Under the pieces are notes generated by a model, which searched no databases, was not told where the DNA came from, and saw only the letters and a list, made by a program, of their open reading frames with translations. Source: Eledone cirrhosa (Eukaryota). From it: a stretch of DNA of 64,000 bases. Both the position numbers and the translations under genes were made by a program. Below, one piece after another: positions 13,256-25,913 of the stretch (its first letter is position 1; every line of letters starts with the position of its first letter). Location: positions 373,178,001-373,242,000 of the forward strand of contig OZ024743.1 of the NCBI GenBank assembly GCA_964016885.1, written 5' to 3'.

Positions 13256-13627
13256 GTCTGATCTATTTTACTATTTCTAATTTATTCACAAGGCTAACAA
13301 TCTTGGGGAGGTGTCTGTTAAACTGAGCCCAATACTTGCTACTTTATTTTTCTGAACATCGGAAAGACAAATGACAGAGTCGACTTTGGTCAGATTGAAC
13401 TCACATTATAAAGAGCTGTTACTAAATACTGTAAACTAATTCTGTTTAATGCTCGCTCTAACAATTTTGCCAATCCGCTACTCTAATAGGTTGGCTCTTA
13501 TTAATATAAAAACAAACTATACATAGTCCTCATTAATTTCAAGATACTTATGACACTCAGAGTTGAGGAGAAAAGAAATATATAAATCACAGTTTTGTTC
13601 ATAATTAGTCTTAGCAAACTATCAAAT

Positions 13628-14015
13628 ACAGAGCTGGTTGAAGGTACTGGCAACTTAGGTAGTTGCCTGGGGTACTTTAGAGCTGAGTGAAAGTAATGGC
13701 AACATGGAAGTTGTCTGGGGTATGTAGAGCTGATTGAAGGTACCAGCAACTTGGGAAATTGCCTTGAGCACTGCAGAAATGGCAATGTTGGCTGAAGGTA
13801 ACAGATGCTCAGAAGGTTGCCTGGTGTACTGCAGCACTTGCTGAAAGTACCAGCAGCTTGAGTAATTGCTGGGGTTCTCCAGGGCTGGCTGAAGGTAACA
13901 GCAGCTCAGGAGGTTTCCTGGAGCACTGCAGGGTTGGCTGATGGTACTGGCAACTTCGTAAGTTGCCTGGGAGTTGATTGAAGGTACCAGCAACATGGGA
14001 AGTTGCCTGGAGTGC
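13628..14015. repeat. Degenerate tandem repeat, about 47-bp unit
   Basis: Recurrent gctg..tgaaggtaccagcaac..gttgcctgg.gtactg motif, about 8 copies. Confidence 0.7.
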
Positions 14016-14077
14016 TGTGTCACATGTTTGGGGTCATCTAAATACCAATACAAATACAGATTGTCAATAGAAAATTT

Positions 14078-14115
<38 letters not shown>

Positions 14116-14684
14116 GTATGTATATATATGTGTGTGTGTGTGTATATAAATAAAGTCAGGTATACTGTCACCGGAAATGCTTTAAAACAGGAAGCATACA
14201 TATTTCAGGGTTTGAGTGTCTCTAAATAATTGGTCAAATGTATGGAAGCCAAACAATGCTAAAATCTGAACAAATAGGATTTCTTTAAGAAAAAATGGAA
14301 ATATGAGATTTGTCTAAAATTTTATTCTATGTGGGATACAACTTTTATAGTAGATTGATGGGAGGATAAATTTAGCTGGTATATGTCTACTTATACAGTA
14401 TATATATATATATGGGGCATCCAGCTGCAGAAAACCTGCCAGATAGTTCTATACGAGCGAGACACGGTCACCCAACCAATATTGCCCCAAATGGGACAAC
14501 TCCCGTCTAATCCATGCTAGCGTGATATATATATGATATATATGTATATATATGAATGTTCGTATAGTATATTTGGCAATATACAGTATGCTTAATTAAA
14601 AACATTTTGAAGACCATACGTTATCAGTTTTAAAGTAGTGACTATGTCACTTACTTCTTTTCTTCAGCAAAAGAAGGGAGAGAA

Positions 14685-14727
14685 GCTAACAAACTGTCTG
14701 TTTCACGCTGTTGGCAATCATCAGAGC
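14685..14727 (-). ncRNA. Hammerhead ribozyme motif (weak stems)
   Basis: Minus strand: gct CTGATGA ttgccaacagcgt GAAA cagacagtttg TT agc. Lies inside a 321-bp unit with terminal direct repeats. Confidence 0.55.
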
Positions 14728-15205
14728 AACATACTCCCCGCTTTCGCTGAAGATTATAGAAGCTGGATTCTTATAGAATTCCAGTAATAATCAGGAGCTG
14801 ATTATACAGAACGATTGCCAGTCCAGTAAAAATTAGGTATTAGGATTGGTGCTCTGAAATAGCGATGTATACATGAATGTATGTATAGTATATTTGGCAA
14901 TATACCGTATGGTTAATTAAAAACATTTTGAGGCCCATACGCTAATATTATAGTGAAGGCATGTGGCTGACTTGTTAGAGAATTGGATTCGCAACTGTTA
15001 GGTTATGAGTTCGATTCCTGGACCGGGCAATGCGTTATGTCCGTGAGCAAGACTCTTTATTTCACATTGCTCCTTCTGCCTGGAGTTGCAACTGATAGAT
15101 AGTATTAGCAATTGGAAAGACCAATGGAAACATAGTTTCCTCGGTCTGATTTGACAAAAGTCGATCGACTATCGATATATATATATATGTATATATATAT
15201 GTATA

Positions 15206-15239
<34 letters not shown>

Positions 15240-15947
15240 ACAGTAATATACGTGAACGGCAAAGCATAAACGAACTAAGGAAAAAAATTAGAAATAAGAG
15301 GGATCAGATGTTGTCTACTCGAGAGAAGGCTACGTTGGTACGGTCACGTGATGCGCATGAAAGTCGATAGCTGTATAACAAAGTGCAGGGCAATAAAGAT
15401 AGACGGTAGCCACGGAATAGGCAGACCTAGAAAAACCTGGGACGAGCTGATAAACTCCGACCTCACACACTTACACCTCTCCAAGACACCAAGACAATGT
15501 CACTGGACCGAGACCTTTGGCGGTACTCAGTAACAGAGAAGACCCGCTTTACCTAAATACATAGTAAAACCTACTACAGCCAGTAGGCATCTCTAACAAA
15601 ATAACCCCCCCCCCCCCGTCCCACCACCCCCACGCCACCCCGTTCTATGTAAAGTTGTGTTGGTGCCACACCATCCAGGCCGAAACAAATGAGATCGTGT
15701 AGGTGTCACGACAAAAAAACACACAGTCCACGCTGTAATGTGGCCGTGTAGGCAACACGGTAAAAACCTCCCAGACCCACACTGTAAATGTGGTTGGTGT
15801 TAGGAAGGGCATCCAACTGTAGAAAACCTGCCAGACAGTCCTATGCGAGCAAGACAATCACTCTTGCCTCAAGTGGGACTACCCCCGTCCAAACCCATGC
15901 AAACGTGGAACACGGACGTTAAACGTTGATGATGATGATGATGATGA
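15240..15947 (+). mobile_element. RTE LINE 3' fragment
   Basis: GRPRKTWDELINSD, same 3' UTR, (GAT)n tail. Confidence 0.9.
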
Positions 15948-16580
15948 TATACATATATATAAATATACATACATACATATATAGTTGTTTGATCAATGGG
16001 GGAGCTTCCTCTTGAAATTGACGTACAAGTGGTTGAACATTCCCCAAGCACCTTTAATGTACTTCTCAGAGAGATTCATTGAGACACAGTAACAATTCTG
16101 ACCCTTTGAATTACATGTACAATTACATTTGAATTAGCAGCTAAGTGGACTGAAGCAATGTGAAATAAGGTTTATTACTCAATGATACAATGTACTGCCT
16201 TGAATTGTACTCACTTTAGAACTGTTAGTCAAACAGCCTAACCATCAATTCGTGCTCTTTCACACACACACATTATGTATATCTATATCTATATATATAT
16301 AAATATATATGAAAAATTTGGAACCCCAACAGCTGAGCTCCAGCTGTTTCAACAGCTAGATCTGAACTGATGTGCTGGAACTAGCTGTTGAAACGGCTGG
16401 AGCTCAGCCGTCGAGGTCCCAAATTTTTCATATTACCCACTCTACTACCCCAAGTATTCAGTACTCTGGTGAGAAATGGTCTAACTGGTTTTTACTGTTT
16501 CCATTCTTATATATATGTATATATATAAAATAGTGAAGAATAATATGGTTGACAGTACAAAACAAGGATATTTATTTACA

Positions 16581-16685
16581 GTCTTACAATTGTTTCAATG
16601 ATAGAAATGTCTATAAATTGCTAAATACTGGAGAAAGTATAATTCAATTTACAATACATCTAAGTTCCATTATATCATCAGAGAC
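16581..16685 (-). ncRNA. Type I hammerhead ribozyme motif with long stem II insert
   Basis: Minus strand: gtct CTGATGA (about 78 nt) GAAA caattg TA agac. Palindromic stem III. A 3' half of the same family lies at 20005-20020 (+). Confidence 0.7.
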
Positions 16686-17227
16686 AAATAAGAAATATAA
16701 AATATATGCGTAACGGTAAACTATATATATGTATATATATATATATAAAAAATACAGACACACTCATTATATCGCAAGGATGACCCTGTGATAAGCAGGC
16801 GAAACTCCAGAATAACAACACTCACTATTTACCCTCAATAAAATGAATATTTAAACTCTACTTCAGCATTGAGTACTCTTTCCTCTTGGCTGTCAACTAT
16901 ATAAGGATATATATATATCATCATCATCATCATTGTTCTTATGTCCACTTTTCCATGCTTGCATGGGTTGGACGGGTCCTTCTCAGCACACACATAAATT
17001 TATCTGGTATATGTCTACTAAAACAGTATATTCATATATACTGTTTTATATATACACATATATATCATCATCATCATCAACGTTTAACGTCCGTGTTCCA
17101 CGCTTGCATGGGTTTGGACGGGGGTAGTCCCACTTGAGGCAAGAGTGATTGTCTTGCTCGCATAGGACTGTCTGGCAGGTTTTCTACAGTTGGATGCCCT
17201 TCCTAACACCAACCACATTTACATATA

Positions 17228-17270
<43 letters not shown>

Positions 17271-17462
17271 TTAGGTTTGTTGGTTCACCACTGGATAGAT
17301 GGTCATTCCATATGGTCAATCTCGATGTAATATTATGGAGAGTACTTAACGTAATGCAGCTCACCCGTCTTCGTTTGTGTAGTTGGTGGTGCGAGTACGG
17401 AGTTAATTATTATAATAAAATAACAGGAGGCTGGACTTGTGTAAATCCTTGAAAGGTTTATT

Positions 17463-17520
17463 ATACTATGATCATTTCAATGACCAGGTTCCGTATGAAT
17501 CCGGTGATATCATCAGGTAT
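17463..17520 (-). ncRNA. Type I hammerhead ribozyme motif (left arm of 2-kb fold-back element)
   Basis: Minus strand: atac CTGATGA tatcaccggattcatacggaacctggtcatt GAAA tgatca TA gtat. Confidence 0.8.
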
Positions 17521-19131
17521 TCGAAATATAACAAAGGAATATAACAGATAAAATCCATGGGGCTGAAAATCATAGACAAGACGACGACTGACTATCTAGC
17601 ATCTTCTACTTTAGTCGGTCGCCCTCAAGTGTTGGCTATTCGGTCTACTTATGACCATCTGGTGAGGGGGGGGGGGCGAAAGCTTATAATGTACTAATAC
17701 CTCCCCGTCAAATAGAAAAAAGAAGAAAGAAAGAAAAGTCAGCGTTAAGGTTATGCTACAATCAGGCTAGAAATTGCCGCGAAAAATGTTTTTCCAAAGA
17801 ACCTATATCTTAACAGAGGCATATAGTGGGCGTCTGTATGGTATAATTTTTTTGCTTATTGTTCCTTTTATTTAGGTTTCCACTCGCTTTACTCTCATTA
17901 TGTACTTATCATTGTACTCATTAGTACAGGACACTTGAATATTACTCTCTGTACCCTTATATCTCCCCCTACCCACCAAAGAACCATACTTCTTATAACC
18001 CGGACTAACTGGGGACTTAAATATAGTCTATTTGCGCATTTCATCGGGTTTTACCACTTTCAACCTCACATCACGGGTGTGAATATATAATAATCGTTTG
18101 GTTACACGCGATGATCCGACTGATGTGGCGGCTTTCCCGGCTACGCGCCCGGCGCTCTGGTGCATAAGCCTTCCTTGAGTGCTTGGAAAAATAAATTTCC
18201 CCTTCTTTCGGTAAATGAAATTAATCGGAGCAGCTTGCTTCGCCCCGGAGCCTGCCACGCCACCGGTTTTGACCGCCATATAGTACCTTTAAATTCTAGT
18301 CTTAATCATAACTATTAGGTGTATCATGCCTCCCTCTTCTGGCACGTAAACAAATCCCCCTCCTGTGTGAATTAATAGTATTCGTTTGGTATAGCAATGG
18401 CCCAACGGCAATGGTGGACTTCTCGCCAGCACACTTGAAGCCTAAGACAGTCACATTCCTAGAGTACTCGGAAAAATTAATTTCCATCTCTTTCGCTAGA
18501 TGATATCATTCGGAATGGCTGACACGTGGTTAGGAAGGGCTGGCGGAGTCTGCATTCGTCGCGTGTTATTGACTGCTAAATAAGGGCTTAATCTTTACTC
18601 TATATCCCACCCTGAAAACTTATCAAGAATCTCTATAATACACTTAAACTTTTTCATATTAGACTCTCTGTAAATTCTTTCACTAAATCTCACAACCCAA
18701 ACCTTAAACTTTTTTTAATTTTTTAACTTTTTAATTTTTTTAATTTCATTCTATAACTCTAAACATAAGTTTAACGTTCCAATTTTCTGTTCACACATTA
18801 TACCATACAGACACCCACTATATGCTTCTGTTAAGATATAGGTTCTTTGGAAAAACATTTTTCGCGGCAATTTCTAGCCTGATTGTAGCATGACCTTAAC
18901 GCTGACTTTTCTTCTTTCTTTCTTTCTTTCTTCTTTTTCTCTTTGACGGGGAGGTAGTAGTACATTATAAGCTTTCGCCCCCCCCCCCCCACCAGATGGT
19001 CATAAGTAGACCGAATAGCCAACACTTGAGGGCGACCGACTAAAGTAGAAGATGCTAGATAGTCAGTCATCCTCTTGTCTATGATTTTCAGCCTCATGGA
19101 TTTTATGTTATATTCCTTTGTTATATTTCGA

Positions 19132-19189
19132 ATACCTGATGATATCACCGGATTCATACGGAACCATGTCATTGAAATGATCATAGTAT
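19132..19189 (+). ncRNA. Type I hammerhead ribozyme motif (right arm of 2-kb fold-back element)
   Basis: atac CTGATGA tatcaccggattcatacggaaccatgtcatt GAAA tgatca TA gtat. Confidence 0.78.
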
Positions 19190-19234
19190 AATAAACCTTT
19201 CAAGGATTTACACAAGTTCAGCCTCCTGTTATTT

Positions 19235-19269
<35 letters not shown>

Positions 19270-19813
19270 GCTATAGAAATGAGATGATAGGGACTGGGAT
19301 CCCTATCATTCCACTGCAAAGTGGTCATGGAGGTGCCATGGCAAAAAAGCATCCAGCACTCACTGTAAATGAGGTTGGTGTTAGGAAGGGCATCCAGCTG
19401 TAGAAATCAAGCCAGAATCAGTTCCCGTCCCACCCTTGCAAGCAGGGAAAAAGCGGACGTAAAATGAAAATGATGAAAATGATGATATGTATATATATAT
19501 ATGTAGGAGGTGAGTTTTATTGTAGCACAATAAAGCAATGCAAATATCGGATAAGTAGCACTCAACAGTTTATAGGACTGGAGTATAAATAATATAAAAT
19601 CAAAAGATGGTTAAAAGAGTTCCATGTATTTTATTATGCGCATTTAAAAAACAAATATCATCACGGGATGATATTTGCGTTCTCATCAGATAAAATAGGG
19701 AGACATGATATGAAGCTTAAAAAACACTTACGAGCAGTGAAGTGTTAAATCAACATATATGTTGATTTAACACTTCACTGCTCGTAAGTGTTTTTTAAGC
19801 TTCATATCATGTC

Positions 19814-19880
19814 TTTTATCTGATGAGAACGCAAATATCATCCCATGATGATATTTGTTTTTGAAATGCGCATAATAAAA
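19814..19880 (+). ncRNA. Type I hammerhead ribozyme motif
   Basis: ttttat CTGATGA gaacgcaaatatcatcccatgatgatatttgttttt GAAA tgcgca TA ataaaa. Long stem II and palindromic stem III. The minus-strand mirror copy (about 19629-19695) has GAAA>TAAA. Confidence 0.85.
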
Positions 19881-20394
19881 TACATCTTTTGATTTTATAT
19901 TATATATATATATATATATTTGTAAGATTTGATGGAGCCAACATGTATTTTAAATTGAGTGGCACTACTTTCAGTGTTCAGCAATTTTAGACAACTCTAT
20001 CAGTGAAACAATTGTTAGACTGTAAATTAATCTCCTTTTTTGTACTGTTGACCCTGTTATTCTCCACTTTTTCAATGTTATTACTCCAAGATAAACTTAC
20101 ACAGGAATACAAGTGAAGTCAATAACTCGTCATCTACGTAAACCCCTTGTTCAGTCAAACAACGCTGTACGCTAAAACTATCCATAGTAAGACGTATTCA
20201 TCATCATCATCATCACCGTTTTACGTCCGTTCTTCCATGCTAGCATGGGTTAGACGGATATTCACAACCTCTAATTGGATTACCTATAACGATATCTTGT
20301 TATCCTCTATATATTTATATATATATATATATATATAAGAAGAAATGAATATATATATATATATATATATATATAAGAAGAAATGAATATATAT

Positions 20395-21609
20395 ATCATC
20401 ATCATCATCATCACCGTTTTACGTCCGTTCTTCCACGCTAGCATGGGTTAGACGGGTTGTCCTGTTGTGGGCAGTGTCTGGTCGGCTGACCATGCCTTGC
20501 TCATACAGGAACTGATTTGGCTTGATTTCTACAGCTGGATGCCCTTCCTAACACCAACCTCATTTACAGTGAGTGCTGGGTGCTTTTTCGTGGCGCCTAC
20601 ACGTCCACTTTACAGTGTGGGCTGGGTGCTTTTTTGCCGTGGCACCTCCACGACCACCTTGCGGTGGGAGGTGTGGGGGCATATTGTCTATATGCTTCAG
20701 CTTGTACCCATGGGAGGTCGGGTACTCTGTATTACTGCGTGACGCCAGAAGTCACGGTTGTGTGTCATTGCCTTTGGGAGGTGTAATTGGGTAAGGTCGG
20801 CTTTTATCACCTCATCCTAGGTCATCTTGGGTCTCCCCACTCCGCGGTTTCCATCAACTTCTAGTGCTCTGCACCTTTTTATGCAGCTGTCATCCTTCAT
20901 ACGCATCACATGTCCATACCAGCGCAACCGCCTCTCCTGCACACAGCATTTGATTCCTCTTATGCTCAGTCTCTCTCTCAATTCATTTATGCTTTGTTGT
21001 TCACGTATATTACTGTTACACATCCATCGGAGCATGCAGGCTTCGTTTCTCTCCAATCTACGTAAGTCTTCCACCTTCAGCGCCCAGGTCTCACTACCAT
21101 GCAACATTGCTGTTCGGATACACGCATCATACAGTCTGCCTTTCATTCTGAGGGAGAAGCCTTTTGCAGCTAGCAGTGGTAGTAGTTCCCTAAACTTCTT
21201 CCATCCCGTTCTTACCCTAGTTATTGTACTTTCTGAACACCCACCTCCGCTGCTAATTCGGTCACCTAGGTAGCAGAAGCTGTCTACTGTTTCTACAGAG
21301 CCCTCCCAGAGATTGGTGGTACTTGTTTCCTGTGGCTGTTTGCTGCTTGCTGTCTCAGCACAGCTGCTGCCTGTGAAGCCTACATTTTTAATTAAGCTTC
21401 CTGAGATCCCGCTACATCTCTTGTGTACCCATTGTTTGCATTTGGGGCAGAGAATGGAGTTCCTACCTACACCTTTCCTATATACTGAGCAAGGCCATTT
21501 CCCTGAGGGGATCTGGGTTCTGTTTTCTCGTCTACTTACAAGAACCTTAGTCTTTGTCATGTTGACTTTGAGACCCTTTCTTTCTAGTCCCTGCTTCCAA
21601 GTTTGGAAT
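20395..21609 (-). mobile_element. RTE LINE, second subfamily, 5'-truncated
   Basis: ORF remnant 20817-21609. Its distinct 3' UTR is also seen at 11280-11582 and 40540-40977. Confidence 0.9.
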
Positions 21610-21745
21610 TTATATATATATAAGAAGAAATGAATATATATATATATACATATATATACATATATATATATATACTTATATATAAATATATATACATATA
21701 CATATACATATATATATATACACACACATATATATATATATATAG

Positions 21746-21780
<35 letters not shown>

Positions 21781-21815
21781 AATTACATGAATCAAAGTTC
21801 TGTTTAAACGATTTA

Positions 21816-21866
21816 TTCGCTTACAATTGTTTCTTCCAAACCGAGGTTTGGAGTCTTCGGAGCAAT
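21816..21866 (-). ncRNA. Hammerhead ribozyme motif with CCGAAGA core variant
   Basis: Minus strand: ttgct CCGAAGA c-tccaaac ctcg gtttgga-a GAAA caattg TA agcga. Confidence 0.75.
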
Positions 21867-22369
21867 TTTTCAATGATTGTTTACATACATGACCTCCTTT
21901 TCAACACAAGAGACATACAGAAACATATGTATATATTGATGCACAGTGGGTTGACATCCATTATAATATTTTAGCATGGCAATTTACATTCAAAGATTAA
22001 AGTCATATTAAAGAAAACAAAATAAAGTTAAAATACAACATTGGCAGTTTATAAAGATAAAGCAAGAGGATAGTTTGAAGTAGTTAGTGTATGCAATAGT
22101 TACACGTGGGGCATGCGCGTGTGTCTTATTTATATAAGGTTATAGTGCGGCAGGGTGTTATATGTAATACAAGCACTTTAAGCGGGCAATCAAGAGTATT
22201 ATGGGGGTTGTATTGGTAAAGTATTTTTTTTAAATGTATGATATAGAAGCTTGTGTGTAGAGAAATATTAAAAATATTAAAAAGTGAGAAGCCAAACAAT
22301 GTTATGGTTTTCGTATACACCACCATTTTCACAATTGAAAATTGCAAACTTGACTGTCACCACACATTA

Positions 22370-22408
22370 TGAACCTGAAGATTGCGAAAGCATGAAAGTA
22401 CTTGTTCA
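22370..22408 (+). ncRNA. Minimal 39-nt type I hammerhead ribozyme motif
   Basis: tgaac CTGAAGA t-tgc GAAA gca-t GAAA gtac TT gttca. 5-bp stem I, GNRA-capped stem II, palindromic GTAC stem III. Confidence 0.85.
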
Positions 22409-22531
22409 ATTAACACTTAACATTTAATATTCTACCATACTATTTCATTCTAATACCATTATAACTTTTAAAGGATTGTAAATAAAACGAGTAAATCAGA
22501 CAAAGTTGGAATTCCTTTTATTAATATATAT

Positions 22532-24775
22532 ATCATCATCATCATCAACGTTTAACATCCATGTTCCACGCTTGCATGGGTTTGGACGGGGGTAGTCCCA
22601 CTTGAGGCAAGAGTGATTGTCTTGCTCGCATAGGACTGTCTGGCAGGTTTTCTACAGTTGGATGCCCTTCCTAACACCAACCACATTTACAGTGTGGGTC
22701 TGGGAGGTTTTTACCGTGTTGCCTACACGGCCACATTACAGCGTGGACTGTGTGTTTTTTTGTCGTGACACCTACACGATCTCATTTGTTTCGGCCTGGA
22801 TGGTGTGGCACCAACATAACTTTACATAGAACGGGGTGGTGTGGATGGGGTGGGGATGGTGGTGGTGGGACGGGGGGGGTATTTTGTTAGAGATGCCTAC
22901 TGGCTGTAGTAGGTTTTACTATGTATTTAGGTAAGGCGGGTCTTCTCTGTTACTGAGTACCGCCAAAGGTCTCGGTCCAGTGACATTGTCTTGGAGAGGT
23001 GTAAGTGTGTGAGGTCGGAGTTTATCAGCTCGTCCCAGGTTTTTCTAGGTCTGCCTATTCCGTGGCTACCGTCTATCTTTATTGCCCTGCACTTTGTTAT
23101 ACAGCTATCGACTTTCATGCGCATCACGTGTCCATACCAACGTATCCTTCTCTCGAGTAAACAACATCTGATCCCTCTTATTTCTAATTTTTTCCTTAGT
23201 TCGTTTATGCTTTGCCGTTCACGTATATTACTGTTACACATCCAGCGGAGCATACAAGCTTTGTTCCTCTCTAGTCTGCGTATATCCTCTGCACACAATG
23301 CCCAGGTCTCACTGCCATGCAGCATTGCTGTTCGTATGCAGGCATCGTACAACCTGCCTTTCATTTTTAGGGAGAACCCTTTAGCAGCTAATAGTGGTAT
23401 AAGCTCTCTGAACTTTTTCCAACCAGTTCTGACTCTAGCTACTGTACTTTCAGAGCACCCTCCCCCATTGCTGATTTTATCACCCAGGTAACGGAAGCTG
23501 TCCACTATTTCTATAGAACCCTCTGCGCAATTGAAAGAGCTAGTATTTTGTGGGCACTTGCTACTACTTATTGCACCAGAGCACCGGCCACATGTAAAAT
23601 CTATGTTCTTAGTTAGCTTACCTGTGATCCCACTACATCTTTTATGCACCCATACTTTGCATTTGGGACATAAAATGGAGTTTCTACCTACGCCTTTCCT
23701 ACACACCGAACACGACCATTTCCCAGAAGGGACCGCCGCCTTATTTTCTTTCCTACAAACTAGAACTTTAGTCTTAGCCAGGTTAATTTTAAGTCCTTTT
23801 GATTCTAGGCCGTGCTTCCATGTTTGGAATTTCTTCTCTAGCTCGGCCATTGATTCCGCTATGAGCGTTAGATCATCTGCGTATAGGAGTTCCCATGGGC
23901 AGCCGGTCTTGAACTCCTCTGTTATAGCCTGAAGGGCAATAATAAATAGTAGGGGGCTGAGAACAGAGCCCTGATGGACGCCAACTTTTACGCTAAACTC
24001 TTCACTATATTCGTTGTTAATTCTAACCTTGCTGACTGTTTCTTTATACATGGCTTGTATAGCTCTCACAAGCCATTCGTCAACGCCTAGTTTTCTAAGA
24101 GCCCACCAGATAATGGAGCGGGGGACTCTGTCGAAGGCTTTCTCCAAGTCGACAAAAGCTAAGTAGAGGGGTTTACCTTTAGCTAGGTACTTCTGTAGTT
24201 GTCGTACAATGAAAAGAGCATCTGTGGTACTTTTGCCTGACACAAACCCGAACTGCATTTCATCTAGGTCAATTCTCTCTCTGATTAGTTGTGCTATTAC
24301 TTTTTCCGTGACCTTCATGACCTGGTCGATTAATTTAATGCCTCTATAGTTACTCCTATCTAGGGCGTCTCCTTTACCCTTATAACAGTTAACGATGATG
24401 CTGCTATGCCAGTCCTTCGGAACAACCCCATTCTGTATGACTTGGTTAACTATGCAGGTGACCATGGGTGCCAGATGCCTTCAGCATCTCAGCAACTATT
24501 TCCGAAGGCCCAGCCGCCTTACCCGTCTTCATATCCTTGATTGCCTTACTTATTATACTCCCCTCGACTAACACTGCTGGTCCCTCTATTGGGTCGATAT
24601 GGGGGAGACTGTCTTTCTCCCATTTATTCTCCTCATTTAGTAGCCTTTCATAGTGACACTTCCAAGCTACCTTCTTATCAGCGTCGGTGATGGCAAGTAT
24701 GCCATCATCGTTAAGTACACACTTCTCCCCGACAATATCACGGTTTTCCTTGACGCATTGCCTAGCAATCCTGAA
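22532..24775 (-). mobile_element. RTE LINE, 5'-truncated, RT domain
   Basis: NYRGIKL, QFGF, DLEKAFD, YADD. Frameshift near 24468; (GAT)n tail. Confidence 0.95.
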
Positions 24776-24815
24776 ATATATATATATATACATATACATA
24801 TATATATACATATAC

Positions 24816-24846
<31 letters not shown>

Positions 24847-24893
24847 CATATATATATACGTATACATATATATATATACATATACATATATAT

Positions 24894-24929
<36 letters not shown>

Positions 24930-25339
24930 CATTATAAAGAAAGAAGAAACATTAGATATAGTAAGATATACCATACCTAAATTCCTTCATTAGTCCTCGA
25001 CTACGTAGTTTCGTGGCATATTATGCAAAAACACATCACAGAGATACAGCATACAAAATACTGTATTTCTGTGATGTAGTGTTTTTGCATAATATGCCAT
25101 GAAACTACGTAGTCGAGGACTAATAAAGGAATTTAGGTATGGTATATCTTACTATATCTAATGTTTCCTCTTTCTTTATAATATATTATATAGCTCTGAT
25201 ACTGAATCAATCTAATCCATTCGGATTATTTTGTCCCAGTTATTCATAGAGCAACAACGGTGAGGTTGGCACCACAAATTCGGGGATATATGTGGATATA
25301 TTCATGTATATGTATGTGTCTGCACATATCTGTATATTT

Positions 25340-25390
<51 letters not shown>

Positions 25391-25627
25391 TTAATAATAA
25401 ATTTGAAGACTAAAATCCAAAGAGGGCTAGATAAGGATAAATATATATCAAATATATAAGAACCGTAGAGCAAATATTTATTAAAATAACAGATTAAAGT
25501 TTAAGCAAAGAATCACTGCTTTCACCCTTAACGGGATCTTCTGAAACCAACAAAGTCAATCTGTGAACGCAGAAGTGAATATTTAAAAAAAACGTTGCAA
25601 CCGGAGGAAGACAGGAAGACGATACTT

Positions 25628-25913
25628 TGGTTCGTGGAAACATTCCCTGGCAAAGAACGGGAAAAAACGAATATAATACGTCATTAATAGGAGTGGTCAA
25701 AAACAATTACACGCAAAGACAGAACCACGTTTATGGTATAGAAGAAGTCGTAGACTAATATTCTATTAGGTGGTTCATAGAGACGTTCTCTGGCAATGAA
25801 CGGAAAAAAACCGTAGATAATACGACATATGTGGAGCGGGGAGAACAATTGCACACAAAGACAAAACCACGTAAATGGTATAACTGAAGTCGTAGACTAA
25901 AATTCTAACTAGG
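25628..25913. repeat. Diverged tandem duplication, about 143 bp
   Basis: tggttc..ctggcaa.gaacgg..caaagaca.aaccacgt..gaagtcgtagactaa..tagg occurs twice. Confidence 0.75.

Larger units (their letters stand above)
17271..19240. mobile_element. 2-kb fold-back hammerhead element in (TA)n (Penelope-like pLTR architecture)
   Basis: Inverted arms at about 17412-17847 and 18797-19240, each with a hammerhead. Spacer about 950 bp, extra tail 17271-17411, (TA)n on both sides. Confidence 0.8.

Noticed and set aside
16777-16822. aGGATGA-cctg/cagg stem-GAAA ctccagaa TA
   Set aside because: Counted only as a degenerate half: the core start and stem I are missing, so it is not called as a ribozyme.
25503-25552. 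Minus-strand CAGAAGA-ccc/ggg stem-GAAA motif
   Set aside because: Core is mutated and neither stem I nor stem III pairs convincingly; at most a decayed hammerhead.
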